A program made the translations under genes and the position numbers. The notes beneath the pieces were generated by a model that was given only the letters and a program-made list of their open reading frames with translations, did no database searches and had not been told where the DNA came from. A DNA stretch of 59,263 nucleotides, filler included. It is 7 parts of 7 records of this genome, joined end to end, with 100 filler letters (N's around TTAATTAATTAA, not from the genome) between each part and the next. Parts side by side here need not be neighbours in the genome. Positions count along the whole stretch, not along the records: positions 1 to 14,410 come from SRR31156797_30595; 6 more parts are not named here. One strand, given 5' to 3'. This document shows positions 1 through 11,335 of this stretch, in pieces (the stretch's first letter is position 1; every line of letters starts with the position of its first letter).

Positions 1-47
1 ACAAGCAAGAATGCACAGAAACTTATGTAGGTTGGTATTATTCAAAA

Positions 48-1109
48 TTACTCTCTTAGATCTTCCCCTATCGTCACTGGAACAACGATCTCTTCACCTT
101 TACGCAGCAAAGTAAAGTTCGCCACTGTACCTGGACGTAGGTTAGTGACTATATCCATCACATTCTGGCGACCATTAATCTTATGGTCATCAATTTTTAA
201 AATAATATCGCGCGCTTCGAATCCAGCTTCAGCAGCAGGCCCATTCGGGTCAACGGCTAATATGACGATACCACCCACGTGCTCACTGCCGAGTAGACGA
301 GAAGTGACAGAGTTAATATCTTGCCCATCAACACCAATATAACCACGAATAACACGGCCATCGGCAATGATCTTCTCCATGATGGTATTGGCTAACGCAA
401 ACGGAATAGCGAAAGAAATTCCGTAGGTCTCTAAATCGGTTGCCTGTTGAAACGAAGCGGTATTAATACCAACCAGTTCACCTTGAGTATTGACTAAGGC
501 ACCGCCTGAATTACCTTCGTTAATCGCCGCATCGGTTTGAATAAATGCCTGACGACCATCAGCACTGATAGAAGAGCGTCCCGTGGCAGAGATAATGCCA
601 AAGGTGGTTGTTTGACCTAAATTATATGGGTTACCAATTGCGAGGACCACATCGCCTACTTTTGCTTGGTAGCTTGGGTTGAGTGGTATCACTGGCAGGT
701 TCGTTCCTTCCACACGTAATACCGCAATATCTGTTCTTCTATCTTTACCCACCAATTGTGCCGCGGCAGCCCGTCCATCTTGAAGTGCGACAATGATTTG
801 ATCGGCTTGTGCGATCACGTGGTAATTGGTGATGATATAGCCTTTTTCACTCACGATAACGCCGGAGCCAAGACCCTGAGTTGAGAGTTTATTGTGGTCA
901 TTCTCGGTGTATTTACGGCTATATATATTAACAACGGCCGGTGCTGCTTTGCCTACAGCCCCATTAAACGAAATTTGTAGAGAGGTAATATCAGCAGGTT
1001 TGGGGATATTTTTAGGTATTAGGTTATTACGCAGGGAAGGGACGGCTGCCACAATGATGATAGCGGTAACCAGACCTATGACAGCGGAACGAAGCAAGTT
1101 TTTTAGCAT
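48..1109 (-). CDS. degS: Outer-membrane-stress sensor serine protease DegS
   Basis: N-terminal TM anchor, trypsin triad motifs TNYHV / DIAVL / GNSGG, one PDZ domain; follows degQ as in gammaproteobacteria. Confidence 0.95.
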   Translation of the reverse strand: MLKNLLRSAVIGLVTAIIIVAAVPSLRNNLIPKNIPKPADITSLQISFNGAVGKAAPAVVNIYSRKYTENDHNKLSTQGLGSGVIVSEKGYIITNYHVIAQADQIIVALQDGRAAAAQLVGKDRRTDIAVLRVEGTNLPVIPLNPSYQAKVGDVVLAIGNPYNLGQTTTFGIISATGRSSISADGRQAFIQTDAAINEGNSGGALVNTQGELVGINTASFQQATDLETYGISFAIPFALANTIMEKIIADGRVIRGYIGVDGQDINSVTSRLLGSEHVGGIVILAVDPNGPAAEAGFEARDIILKIDDHKINGRQNVMDIVTNLRPGTVANFTLLRKGEEIVVPVTIGEDLRE

Positions 1110-1220
1110 ATACTCCCCAAACCAGTATGGCTATGAGTTATCTATTATTGTTATTTCCCAACTGGTTGGGTAAATGTGTTTATTAACTATCTTAGACGAA
1201 GAATAACATTACCCAGACAA

Positions 1221-1253
1221 ATAACAAAAGGGCCACAGTAATTTGTGGCCCTT
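1221..1253 (-). terminator. Intrinsic terminator after degQ
   Basis: Stem AAGGGCCACA / TGTGGCCCTT with a T-rich tail on the minus strand. Confidence 0.65.
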
Positions 1254-1300
1254 ACTCATTGTTTACGTGGAAAAATCCACACGGCTTAGGGGATTGTGAA

Positions 1301-2683
1301 TTATCTTACCACTAAGTAGATGGTGCGATCGCCACGTTGGATGTTCAACGCTAAGATACTTGGATTCGAATCCATAATTGCTCTTAAATCCGCAATGTTT
1401 TTCACTCGCTGTCTATTTACACCGATAATGATGTCATCTTTCTGTAGTTGATAACTTTCAGCCGGTGAGCCTTTTTCAACACGAGTCACTTTAACCCCTT
1501 TGATTGGATCACCATTAGTAGTGTTGCTCAGCTCAGCACCTTGTAAACCAGGGTGTAGCTTATCAGCTTTAGTCTTAGCATTACTTGCTTCACCTAGGGT
1601 TACGTCAAAGGACTTCTCTTTTCCGTCCCGAATAATACCGAGTTTAACGGTTTTACCTGCCCCTAATGTGGCCACTTTCGCTCTCAACTCGGAGAAGGTT
1701 TTGATTTTCTTACCGTTAACCGAAACAATGATATCACCCGCTTCAATACCGGCCTTTTCTGCTGCGCTGTCTGGTACCACTTGGCTGACAAACGCGCCTT
1801 TTGTTGAGTCATAGCCCAGAGCTTCAGCTAACTCAGAATTCACTTCACCACCCTGAACGCCAAGCATTCCGCGCTTAACTTCACCGAATTCTAAGATTTG
1901 GCTAGTCAGGTTTTTCATCATATTCGAGGGAATCGAGAATCCGATACCTACGTTGCCGCCGTTAGGGCCAAGAATGGCAGTGTTGATACCAATCAACTCA
2001 CCATTTAAGTTAACTAGGGCACCACCGGAGTTACCACTGTTAATCGCCGCGTCGGTCTGAATGAAGTTTTCAAAATTTTCGATATTCAGTCCACTTCGAC
2101 CCAATGCTGAAACGATACCGGAAGTGACGGTTTGCCCTAAACCAAATGGGTTACCAATAGCGACGGCAAAATCGCCGACACGAAGCTTGTCCGAATCTGC
2201 AATCTTAATTTGAGTGAGGTTTTTCGCTTCAGCAAGTTTTAGTAGCGCAACATCTGACATTTTGTCACCGCCAACTAACTCTGCGTCATATTCACGACCA
2301 TCGTGTAATTGAACGCGTATTTTTTCGGCGTTGTTTATAACGTGGTAGTTGGTAACGATATAGCCTTTATCCGCATCGATAATAACGCCAGAACCTAGGC
2401 CTCGAAATGGGCGTTCTTGCATTTGTTCAACGGGAAAATCTGGGCCAAAGAAGAATCGGAACTGCTCGGGAACTCTTTGCTTAGAGACTTGGGTGCCTTC
2501 AACGGCAATGCTGACGACAGCTGGGGTAACTTGTTCTAACATCGGTGCCAGACTTGGCATCTGCTCACCATTTACTGATAGGGGAAGTGCAGCAGTAGCG
2601 GTGATTGGTGTAATGATGGAACTTAAGCTTAAAGATAGAACTGTTAAAGCAAGCAAAGGTTTTTTCATCATAAAACTCCTCAT
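1301..2683 (-). CDS. degQ: Periplasmic Do/DegQ family serine endoprotease (true start probably at MMKKP)
   Basis: Signal peptide, TNYHV and GNSGG motifs, two PDZ domains; yhcB-degQ-degS synteny. Confidence 0.9.
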   Translation of the reverse strand: MRSFMMKKPLLALTVLSLSLSSIITPITATAALPLSVNGEQMPSLAPMLEQVTPAVVSIAVEGTQVSKQRVPEQFRFFFGPDFPVEQMQERPFRGLGSGVIIDADKGYIVTNYHVINNAEKIRVQLHDGREYDAELVGGDKMSDVALLKLAEAKNLTQIKIADSDKLRVGDFAVAIGNPFGLGQTVTSGIVSALGRSGLNIENFENFIQTDAAINSGNSGGALVNLNGELIGINTAILGPNGGNVGIGFSIPSNMMKNLTSQILEFGEVKRGMLGVQGGEVNSELAEALGYDSTKGAFVSQVVPDSAAEKAGIEAGDIIVSVNGKKIKTFSELRAKVATLGAGKTVKLGIIRDGKEKSFDVTLGEASNAKTKADKLHPGLQGAELSNTTNGDPIKGVKVTRVEKGSPAESYQLQKDDIIIGVNRQRVKNIADLRAIMDSNPSILALNIQRGDRTIYLVVR

Positions 2684-2810
2684 AGATAATAATCTGGTCT
2701 TGTTTAATATTTGTGCTGAATATTAAACTTCAACAGATCCAGTGAGATTTATGACTCAAAAACCTTTGCAAAGTTCATTTGAGATTTGCAGTTAAATACA
2801 AAATGGTCAA

Positions 2811-3254
2811 TTAACTTGCTTTAGCATCCAAGATTTCAGAAGAGCGTAAAATCGCTTTTTCTTCACCTTTTAAAAGACCAGTTGCACCTAGCGCATAGTC
2901 TTTTGGTGGTTGCTCTTCACCGTCATCTGCGACTTGCTCACTCTTCTGCTGTTGAGCAATTTGCTTGATAAACGGGTTATCTTGCTCAGGTACGTTCGGT
3001 AGAAGTTCTGAAGCTGTTTTAGACATATGCTGGTATAGCTTGGTGTAATCTTTACCTAAGGTATCAAGCATTTCAGCTGTCTGTGCAAAATGGTCGGCAA
3101 GCTCTTGGCGTTGCTGTTCTAGCGCATACTTAGCGCCGTCTAAATCTTTTTGTAAGGACTTTTGAGTCTTGTACTGAGGGGTTGTTAAACGAGAGATAAC
3201 GACTCCAACAATCAGTCCTACAAGTAACCCAACAATGGCATAAATCCAAGGCAT
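2811..3254 (-). CDS. zapG: YhcB/ZapG (DUF1043) inner-membrane protein
   Basis: N-terminal TM, coiled coil, HFAQTAE..YTKLYQHM and C-terminal PPKDYA motifs; lies between degQ and zapE. Confidence 0.9.
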   Translation of the reverse strand: MPWIYAIVGLLVGLIVGVVISRLTTPQYKTQKSLQKDLDGAKYALEQQRQELADHFAQTAEMLDTLGKDYTKLYQHMSKTASELLPNVPEQDNPFIKQIAQQQKSEQVADDGEEQPPKDYALGATGLLKGEEKAILRSSEILDAKAS

Positions 3255-3405
3255 AACAGCTCCTTATTGTTGTTATTTAACATGTTTTTTACTACTTGGT
3301 TACACATGCTTCTGACTCATGGTACTATGAGTCCACAAATGGATAAAGTAAAAAGCATGTGCTCTACATTGCAGTTTCGTTTCATCCTTCATTAAGCAGA
3401 TAGTC

Positions 3406-4509
3406 ATGACCCCGAAGCAAAGATACGAACAAGATTTAAAACGATCAGATTTTCAACGAGATGAAGCTCAAGCCATGGCTGTGAGCGCGTTAGATAATTT
3501 ATATCATCAGCTTACTGATTATATGAACACTCCGGTGGTTCGACCATCTCGTTGGCAAAAGTTATTAGGTAAAAAAGAGCAAAAGCCTGTTTTACCTAAA
3601 GGTTTGTATTTTTGGGGCGGTGTGGGACGCGGCAAAACTTATTTAATGGATACGTTCTTCGATTCATTGCCGACAGATAAAAAAATGCGTGTTCACTTCC
3701 ACCGCTTCATGCATCGAGTCCACGATGAGTTGAAACTGCTGGATGATGTCAGTGATCCGTTAGAGGTGATTGCTGATAAGTTTTGTCAGGAAGCGGTGAT
3801 TATCTGCTTTGATGAATTTTTTGTTTCAGATATTACCGACGCTATGATCTTGGGAACCTTGTTCCAAGCTCTGTTCCATCGTGGTGTTGTATTGGTTGCG
3901 ACTTCAAACATCCCTCCTCACGACTTGTATAAGAATGGTTTACAAAGAGCGCGTTTTTTACCAGCTATTGCTTTGATTGAAACTCACTGTGAAATCTTAA
4001 ATGTTGATAGCGGAGTAGATTACCGCCTGCGTACGCTCGAGCAAGCAGAGATCTATCATTATCCGCTAGATGCTAAAGCATCTGAAAACTTAGATATGTA
4101 TTACAATCAGTTAGTAGGTAACGAAAAGCCAAAACAAGACCAAGTAGAAGTCAATCATCGTAAGGTCGATGTGATTGAAGCGAGTGATGGCTTGCTTTAC
4201 GCGTCGTTTGAGCAACTGTGTCAAACCGCGCGTAGTCAGAATGATTATATTGAACTGTCTAAATTGTTTCACACGGTGCTGCTAGCCGATGTCAAACAGA
4301 TGGATAGAACGATAGATGATGCAGCGAGACGATTTATCGCTTTGGTCGATGAATTTTATGAGCGAAATGTAAAGCTGATTATCTCTGCAGAAGTGCCACT
4401 GGCTGAACTTTATACCCATGGTCAACTAGAGTTCGAATTTAAGCGTTGTCAGTCTCGCTTGATTGAAATGCAAAGCCATGACTACCTAGCTTTGGAACAC
4501 TTAGCCTAA
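3406..4509 (+). CDS. zapE: Cell division AFG1-family ATPase ZapE
   Basis: GLYFWGGVGRGKT Walker A, CFDEF Walker B, C-terminal RCQSRLIEM. Confidence 0.95.
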   Translation: MTPKQRYEQDLKRSDFQRDEAQAMAVSALDNLYHQLTDYMNTPVVRPSRWQKLLGKKEQKPVLPKGLYFWGGVGRGKTYLMDTFFDSLPTDKKMRVHFHRFMHRVHDELKLLDDVSDPLEVIADKFCQEAVIICFDEFFVSDITDAMILGTLFQALFHRGVVLVATSNIPPHDLYKNGLQRARFLPAIALIETHCEILNVDSGVDYRLRTLEQAEIYHYPLDAKASENLDMYYNQLVGNEKPKQDQVEVNHRKVDVIEASDGLLYASFEQLCQTARSQNDYIELSKLFHTVLLADVKQMDRTIDDAARRFIALVDEFYERNVKLIISAEVPLAELYTHGQLEFEFKRCQSRLIEMQSHDYLALEHLA

Positions 4510-4544
4510 TAGGTAGGAAAAATAACTTTTTTGTATAAAAAGAG

Positions 4545-4573
4545 GTGATTTTTCCTTCACTCTTCTCTATAAT
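4545..4573 (+). promoter_or_regulatory. Putative sigma-70 promoter of rplM-rpsI
   Basis: GTGATT-17 nt-TATAAT followed by a C-rich discriminator, about 135 nt before rplM. Confidence 0.5.
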
Positions 4574-4709
4574 CCTCCGACCCACCGTTACTGCAGGTCT
4601 TTTTAGGCCGGGAGTACCACCCACTCGAAGGGGTGTTGTCTGGGCTCTTAGACAGTGGGAGCATTGCGCTCCTTTAAGTGTAAATTTTAATTAACGGGTT
4701 ATTATTAGC

Positions 4710-5138
4710 ATGAAAACATTCGTTGCTAAACCAGAAACTGTAAAACGCGACTGGTATGTTGTAGACGCTGAAGGTAAAACTCTTGGCCGTCTAGCAAGTG
4801 AAATTGCATCTCGCCTACGTGGCAAACATAAAGCTGAATACACTCCACACGTAGACACTGGTGATTACATCATCGTTGTTAACGCGGAGAAAGTTGCTGT
4901 TACTGGTAACAAAGCTAAAGACAAAATGTACTACCGTCACACTGAGTTCCCAGGTGGCCTAAAATCTTTCAGCTTCGAGAAGTTGATCGAACGTAAGCCT
5001 GAAATGGTACTTGAGCTAGCGGTTAAAGGTATGCTTCCACGTGGTCCTCTTGGCCGAGCTATGTACCGTAAGCTTAAAGTTTACGCTGGCGCTGAGCACA
5101 ACCATGCTGCTCAACAACCAAAAGTACTAGACATCTAA
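4710..5138 (+). CDS. rplM: 50S ribosomal protein L13
   Basis: [33 protein letters not shown], canonical L13. Confidence 0.99.
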   Translation: MKTFVAKPETVKRDWYVVDAEGKTLGRLASEIASRLRGKHKAEYTPHVDTGDYIIVVNAEKVAVTGNKAKDKMYYRHTEFPGGLKSFSFEKLIERKPEMVLELAVKGMLPRGPLGRAMYRKLKVYAGAEHNHAAQQPKVLDI

Positions 5139-5153
5139 TTGGGGATTTCGGAA

Positions 5154-5546
5154 ATGGCAGAGAATCAATACTACGGCACTGGCCGTCGCAAAAGCTCAGC
5201 TGCACGCGTTTTTATTAAACCAGGCAGCGGCAACATCGTAATCAACAAGCGTAGCCTTGATGAATACTTCGGTCGTCCAACTTCTCGTATGGTTGTTAAA
5301 CAACCTCTTGAGCTAGTTGAGATGGTAGAGAAACTAGATCTATACATCACTGTTAAAGGTGGTGGTATTTCTGGTCAAGCAGGTGCTATCCGTCACGGTA
5401 TCACTCGCGCTCTTATGGAATACGATGAATCACTACGTCCTACTCTACGTGCAGCTGGCTACGTTACTCGCGACGCTCGTTGCGTTGAACGTAAGAAAGT
5501 TGGTCTACGTAAAGCACGTCGTCGTCCACAGTTCTCTAAACGTTAA
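5154..5546 (+). CDS. rpsI: 30S ribosomal protein S9
   Basis: [15 protein letters not shown]...RPQFSKR; start moved to the ATG at 5154. Confidence 0.99.
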   Translation: MAENQYYGTGRRKSSAARVFIKPGSGNIVINKRSLDEYFGRPTSRMVVKQPLELVEMVEKLDLYITVKGGGISGQAGAIRHGITRALMEYDESLRPTLRAAGYVTRDARCVERKKVGLRKARRRPQFSKR

Positions 5547-5598
5547 TCTTTTCTTATCGGAAAGGTTCGTTGGCCCAGTTTCTACTGGGTTGGGAACG

Positions 5599-5635
5599 AA
5601 AAAAGCTCGGCTTATGCCGGGCTTTTTGTTTTTTT
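5599..5635 (+). terminator. Intrinsic terminator after rpsI
   Basis: AAAAAGCTCGGC-TTAT-GCCGGGCTTTTT stem followed by a T run. Confidence 0.8.
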
Positions 5636-5750
5636 ACACTTCTAATCGCTTCATTTCTCAATAATTCCCTTTCTCACATTCTCTATTCTGTGCCTTTTGT
5701 GACACAGCGTAGGATTTGCTTCACGAATGTTACAAAAAGGTAGCTTTATC

Positions 5751-5779
5751 TTGTCAAAAAGTAGGGTTTTATTTATCAT
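5751..5779 (+). promoter_or_regulatory. Putative sigma-70 promoter of petABC
   Basis: TTGTCA-17 nt-TATCAT, about 100 nt upstream of petA. Confidence 0.5.
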
Positions 5780-5878
5780 TTGCCGTCAAATAAATACAAC
5801 TAAATTAGTATTTTGTTAGCCATGCTCTTTAAGCGGAAATAACAGCAATCCACAAGGAGCAAATGGGAGAATGTCTGG

Positions 5879-6472
5879 ATGAGCAATGCGCCTTTGAACA
5901 ACAGTCGCAGACGTTTCCTAACTGCGACAACTGCGGTTGTCGGTGGGTTAGGGGCGGCGGCAGTTGCTGTACCTTTTATAAAATCTTGGAACCCAAGTGC
6001 GAAAGCGAAAGCTGCGGGTGCTCCTGTCGAGGTTGATGTAAGCAAACTCGAAGAGGGGCAAATGGTTCGTGTTGAGTGGCGAGGTAAGCCTGTATGGGTT
6101 GTACGTCGTTCTCAGTCAATTGTTGATGCCCTAAAAACGCATGATAATCAACTTCGTGACCCTGACTCTGGTGAAGAGCAGCAGCCGGGTTACGCTCAAA
6201 ACACATACCGATCAATTAAACCTGAATATTTTGTTGCCGTTGGTATCTGTACTCACTTAGGTTGTTCGCCAAGTTACTTGCCGGACTCATTTAGTGAGCA
6301 GGTGCAAGGTGTCAAATCGGGATTCTTCTGTCCATGTCATGGTTCTAAATTTGATATGGCCGGTCGTGTATTCCAAGGTGTACCTGCACCTCTGAACCTG
6401 GTAATTCCGAAACATATGTATTTAAGCGATACAAGAATTGTCATCGGTCTTGATGAAACAGGGGAGGCATAA
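5879..6472 (+). CDS. petA: Ubiquinol-cytochrome c reductase Rieske Fe-S subunit
   Basis: Tat motif SRRRFL, Rieske boxes CTHLGC and CPCHGS. Confidence 0.98.
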   Translation: MSNAPLNNSRRRFLTATTAVVGGLGAAAVAVPFIKSWNPSAKAKAAGAPVEVDVSKLEEGQMVRVEWRGKPVWVVRRSQSIVDALKTHDNQLRDPDSGEEQQPGYAQNTYRSIKPEYFVAVGICTHLGCSPSYLPDSFSEQVQGVKSGFFCPCHGSKFDMAGRVFQGVPAPLNLVIPKHMYLSDTRIVIGLDETGEA

Positions 6473-7737
6473 TGCAAGCTTTACTTGATTGGGTTGAAAA
6501 ACGTTTACCCGCGATGAATGCTTATAAAAAGCATTTATCTGAATACCCGATGCCAAAGAACTTCAACTTTTGGTACCTTTTTGGTTCTTTAGCAATGTTG
6601 GTATTGGTTAACCAGATCCTTACAGGTATTTGGTTGACGATGAACTACGTACCTTCTGGAGAAGGTGCGTTTGCTTCTGTTGAATACATCATGCGTGACG
6701 TAGAGTATGGTTGGTTGCTGCGTTACATGCACTCAACTGGCGCATCTGCGTTCTTTGTTGTGGTTTATCTGCATATGTTCCGTGGTTTAATCTACGGTTC
6801 TTACCAAAAGCCTCGTGAACTACTTTGGTTGTTCGGCATGCTGATTTTCTTAGTGCTGATGGCTGAAGCGTTTATGGGTTACTTGCTACCTTGGGGACAA
6901 ATGTCTTACTGGGGCGCACAGGTAATCATTTCTCTGTTTGGTGCAATCCCTGTTATCGGTGATGATCTTACGCTATGGATTCGTGGTGACTACGTAATCT
7001 CTGGTGCGACGTTAAACCGTTTCTTCGCACTACACGTGATTGCTCTTCCAATCGTACTTCTACTGTTAATCGTGCTGCACATTTTAGCGCTACACGAAGT
7101 GGGTTCTAACAACCCTGATGGTATCGAAACTAAACTGCCAAAAGGCACTATGGGCGACGATTACCAATCTCAGTTCAAGTTCCACGATTACTATTCGAAG
7201 AAATACGACATCATCGACTCGATTCCTTTCCACCCTTACGGAACGGTTAAAGATCTTGTTGGTGTTGCTGGCTTCTTGTTCCTGTTCTCATACGTGTTGT
7301 TCTTCAACCCAGAAATGGGTGGGTACTTCCTTGAGCCGCCTAACTTTGAAGCTGCAAACCCACTGAAAACACCTGAGCATATTGCTCCTGTTTGGTACTT
7401 CACTCCGTTCTACGCGATTCTGCGTGCGGTTCCAGACAAACTTATCGGTGTTATCGCAATGGGTGCATCAATTGTGGTGCTATTCCTACTACCTTGGTTA
7501 GACCGTTGTAAAGTTCGTTCTTACCGCTATCGTAGTAAGCTACACCTGATTAACATTATTCAGTTCACTATTTGCTTTATCGCTTTAGGTATTCTTGGTG
7601 CGTTACCAGCGACGCCAACCTATACCTTACTAGCGCGAATCTTTAGTTTGGGTTACTTCATGTTCTTTGTATTGCTGTTCTTCTACAGTAAAAATGAAGC
7701 AACCAAGCCATTACCAAAGAGGGTGACATTCAAATGA
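6472..7737 (+). CDS. petB: Cytochrome b of the bc1 complex
   Basis: GWLLRYMHSTGAS, FMGYLLPWGQMSYWG and PVWY (PEWY-equivalent) motifs. Confidence 0.98.
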   Translation: MQALLDWVEKRLPAMNAYKKHLSEYPMPKNFNFWYLFGSLAMLVLVNQILTGIWLTMNYVPSGEGAFASVEYIMRDVEYGWLLRYMHSTGASAFFVVVYLHMFRGLIYGSYQKPRELLWLFGMLIFLVLMAEAFMGYLLPWGQMSYWGAQVIISLFGAIPVIGDDLTLWIRGDYVISGATLNRFFALHVIALPIVLLLLIVLHILALHEVGSNNPDGIETKLPKGTMGDDYQSQFKFHDYYSKKYDIIDSIPFHPYGTVKDLVGVAGFLFLFSYVLFFNPEMGGYFLEPPNFEAANPLKTPEHIAPVWYFTPFYAILRAVPDKLIGVIAMGASIVVLFLLPWLDRCKVRSYRYRSKLHLINIIQFTICFIALGILGALPATPTYTLLARIFSLGYFMFFVLLFFYSKNEATKPLPKRVTFK

Positions 7738-8471
7738 AAAAGTGGATTGTAATTTTGTTTGCTATGTTGCCATCACTGGTGATGGCAGCAGGTGGAAACG
7801 TACATTTAGATAAAGCGGAAAATGACTTAACTGACACAGCTTCATTACAACGTGGTGCCAAGTTGTTCATGAACTACTGTTTCGGTTGTCACTCAACACA
7901 ATACCAACGCTATGGCCGTGTTGCTGATGATTTAGGTATTCCTGCTGACCTGATGAAAGAGAATCTGATTTTTGATCCTCAAACCAAAATTGGTTCTTTG
8001 ATGGAAAATGCGATTCCTGACAAATCAGCGGCGAAATGGTTTGGTGCTCCACCTCCAGATCTAACACTGGTGGCTCGTGTTCGTGGTACTGACTGGCTTT
8101 ATACTTATCTGCGTTCTTTCTATGCGGATCCAAGTCGTCCATTTGGTGTGAACAACATTGTTTTCCCAAGTGTTGGTATGCCACACGTGCTTGAAGAACT
8201 TCAAGGCATTCCTGAGCCAGTCTATGACACTCACATCGTGGATGGTAAAGAAGTTCAAGTGGTTGTTGGTGTTAAGTCTCAAGGTAACGGTGAGATGAGT
8301 ACTGGCGAGTATGACCAAGCGGTTTTAGATTTGGTTAACTTCCTAGAGTACTCTGGCGAACCTGTGAAACTTGAACGTCAAGCTATGGGCTGGTGGGTAT
8401 TCGCATTCTTAGTGCTATTAACGATTGTCGTCGTGGCACTGAAGAAAGAATATTGGCGTGATGTGCACTAA
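7734..8471 (+). CDS. petC: Cytochrome c1
   Basis: Signal peptide, CFGCH heme motif, PPDL motif, C-terminal TM. Confidence 0.97.
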   Translation: MKKWIVILFAMLPSLVMAAGGNVHLDKAENDLTDTASLQRGAKLFMNYCFGCHSTQYQRYGRVADDLGIPADLMKENLIFDPQTKIGSLMENAIPDKSAAKWFGAPPPDLTLVARVRGTDWLYTYLRSFYADPSRPFGVNNIVFPSVGMPHVLEELQGIPEPVYDTHIVDGKEVQVVVGVKSQGNGEMSTGEYDQAVLDLVNFLEYSGEPVKLERQAMGWWVFAFLVLLTIVVVALKKEYWRDVH

Positions 8472-8512
8472 TTGTGCTATTATGTCGTGCTAAATCCTAG
8501 TATTTAATTCTG

Positions 8513-8541
8513 CAATGGGGGCTTAGCCTCCATTGTTTTTT
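8513..8541 (+). terminator. Hairpin terminator after petC
   Basis: CAATGGGGGC-TTA-GCCTCCATTG followed by a T run. Confidence 0.7.
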
Positions 8542-8576
8542 GTGTCTGTGTAAGTGTAAGTGTGCTGGAGGGCTCC

Positions 8577-9212
8577 ATGGCTGTAGCTGCCAATAAACGT
8601 TCTGTGATGACTCTATTCTCAAGTGCATCTGATATGTATAGCCATCAGGTTCGTATTGTGCTGGCTGAAAAAGGTGTCAGTGTTGAAGTTGAGTTGGTTG
8701 ATGAAGAAAATCTACCGGCTGAACTTGTTGAGCTAAACCCATATAAATCAGTTCCAACTTTAGTTGATCGTGAGCTTGCGCTTTATGATTCAAAAATCAT
8801 CATGGAATACCTTGATGAGCGTTTTCCACATCCACCATTGATGCCAGTTTACCCAGTAGCTCGTGGTAATAGTCGTTTAATGATCTATCGTATTGAGACG
8901 AATTGGTATTCTCTTGCGAAAAAAATTGTAAACGGTAAAACTGAAGAAGCTGAGTCTGCGCGTAATAAACTGCGTAATGATTTGTTAACTCTAGCGCCTG
9001 TTTTTGCTGAGTACGAATACTTCATGAGCGAAGAGTTCAGCCTGATTGATTGCTACTTAGCACCACTATTATGGCGTTTACCTGTATTGGGTATTGAACT
9101 TGTAGGCCCTGGTTCAAAAGAGCTTAAAGTTTACATGAATCGTGTATTTGAGCGTGATTCATTCCTAGCTTCTTTAACTGAAGCAGAGCGCGAGATGCGT
9201 CTTGCTCGTTAA
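8577..9212 (+). CDS. sspA: Stringent starvation protein A
   Basis: MAVAANKRSVMTLFS, GST fold, FPHPPLMPVYP motif. Confidence 0.98.
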   Translation: MAVAANKRSVMTLFSSASDMYSHQVRIVLAEKGVSVEVELVDEENLPAELVELNPYKSVPTLVDRELALYDSKIIMEYLDERFPHPPLMPVYPVARGNSRLMIYRIETNWYSLAKKIVNGKTEEAESARNKLRNDLLTLAPVFAEYEYFMSEEFSLIDCYLAPLLWRLPVLGIELVGPGSKELKVYMNRVFERDSFLASLTEAEREMRLAR

Positions 9213-9224
9213 TGGTTGTTTTTG

Positions 9225-9692
9225 ATGGATATTGATCAAATGACACCTCGCCGACCATTTATGCTACGTGCATTTTATGATTGGTTGCTAGAAAATGATT
9301 TAACGCCTCATCTTGTCGTTGATGCAACTATGCCGAGTGTACGAGTTCCGATGGAATATGTACAAGACGGTCAAATTATTCTTAACGTGGCACCTCGTGC
9401 GGTAGGAAACCTAGAGCTGGGTAATGATGAAGTTACTTTTAATGCTCGTTTTGGTGGTCGCCCTCAGGTTGTGATTGTTCCTTTGTACGCGGTTCAAGCG
9501 ATCTATGCTCGAGAGAACGGCGCAGGGACAATGTTTGATCCAGAGCCTGCTTACGAGCAAGATTTCGAATCAGATATCGCGATCGAAGATATTGATACTA
9601 CAGATGTTGAACAACAGCCATCTTCTGTTGATACATCAGATGATGAGCCAGCACGACCTAAAGGTAAGCCAAGTTTACGAGTGGTTAAATAA
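9225..9692 (+). CDS. sspB: ClpXP specificity-enhancing factor SspB
   Basis: RAFYDWLLENDLTPHLVVDA and the C-terminal LRVVK ClpX-docking motif. Confidence 0.97.
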   Translation: MDIDQMTPRRPFMLRAFYDWLLENDLTPHLVVDATMPSVRVPMEYVQDGQIILNVAPRAVGNLELGNDEVTFNARFGGRPQVVIVPLYAVQAIYARENGAGTMFDPEPAYEQDFESDIAIEDIDTTDVEQQPSSVDTSDDEPARPKGKPSLRVVK

Positions 9693-9693
9693 C

Positions 9694-9721
9694 AAAAAGC
9701 AGCGGAAACGCTGCTTTTTTT
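9694..9721. terminator. Bidirectional terminator between sspB and dolP
   Basis: AAAAAGCAGCG-GAAA-CGCTGCTTTTT between convergent genes. Confidence 0.85.
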
Positions 9722-9771
9722 GTATCTGCGATAAGTGATTATCGCTTTAGCTCTCGGTGAGGAAAGGTCTA

Positions 9772-10341
9772 TCAATCGCCGTATTCAAATGCCCGAATAA
9801 CCTGTTTAACACCCGAAATATTACGAGCTATCTCTGTGGCCTTATCGGCATGCTCGCGTGAAACGTATCCAAACAGGAACACTTCTTTATTCTCGGTGAC
9901 GACTTTGATCTTAGTGCCGTTGAGGTCAGAGTTCGAAAGCAACGCAGATTTTACTTTGGTCGTTATCCAGCTGTCATTGCTAATCGCACTAACAGCAAGT
10001 GGCTCCATAATTTTGACTTGGTTATGAAACTCTTTAACGCCTTTAACCTTCTCTGCTTGGGCGATGAACTGATCGAGTAGCTGAGTATTTTTTGATTGCC
10101 CCATCAGAACCACTGTTCCATCATAGGAGCTGGCAACAAAGCGAGCAGAACCACGGTAAGGTGGTTTGTTACCGATCCCAGCAACTTCAAACTCTATCTG
10201 GTTGTCAGTCCAAATTTGCTGGGTTGTCCTTGGGTCAGTGACTAAGTTTGCGGTTGTTGCCGCACCTGCTATGAACAACCCAGCACAGCCAGATAAGCTC
10301 ATAGCCGCAGACAAAATTAAGCCGAGACGGAAAGACTTCAT
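9772..10341 (-). CDS. dolP: Dual BON-domain lipoprotein (DolP/YraP)
   Basis: Lipobox LSGC, BON motif DSWITTKVKSALL; yraM-P operon position; start moved to MKSFRLG. Confidence 0.88.
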   Translation of the reverse strand: MKSFRLGLILSAAMSLSGCAGLFIAGAATTANLVTDPRTTQQIWTDNQIEFEVAGIGNKPPYRGSARFVASSYDGTVVLMGQSKNTQLLDQFIAQAEKVKGVKEFHNQVKIMEPLAVSAISNDSWITTKVKSALLSNSDLNGTKIKVVTENKEVFLFGYVSREHADKATEIARNISGVKQVIRAFEYGD

Positions 10342-10357
10342 AACAAACCTTCTACTA

Positions 10358-10951
<594 letters not shown>

Positions 10952-11335
10952 TTATCCTTCGGTAATAGCGTTTTTTATCCACTCAATGTGATGGCCATCA
11001 TTGTGGATAGCAATCACATCAAATCTAAAATCAGTTGCGTCGGTATTTAAACCTCGCTTGAGCATCCACCAATTCGCAGCTTTGATCAAGCGCTGCTGCT
11101 TTTGCCGAGTGACCGTTTCTGCGGCATGGCCATAACTCTGAGTTTTACGGTATTTTACTTCGACAAAGACGATGCTGGAACCATCTCGCATGACTAAATC
11201 CAGTTCACCACCTTTGGCGATAAAGTTTTTTTCAATCAGTTTCAGTCCGCGGCATTGTAAATAGTCCGCCGCGGTTTGTTCATAAAACTGACCTTTACTC
11301 CGCTGACTGAGTTTGTTCAACTTGTTCAGTAGCAC
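10952..11335 (-). CDS. yraN: YraN family (UPF0102) putative endonuclease
   Basis: GELDLVM..FVEVKYR and RFDVIAI motifs; start uncertain (GTG at 11335 overlaps the lpoA end). Confidence 0.9.
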   Translation of the reverse strand: MLLNKLNKLSQRSKGQFYEQTAADYLQCRGLKLIEKNFIAKGGELDLVMRDGSSIVFVEVKYRKTQSYGHAAETVTRQKQQRLIKAANWWMLKRGLNTDATDFRFDVIAIHNDGHHIEWIKNAITEG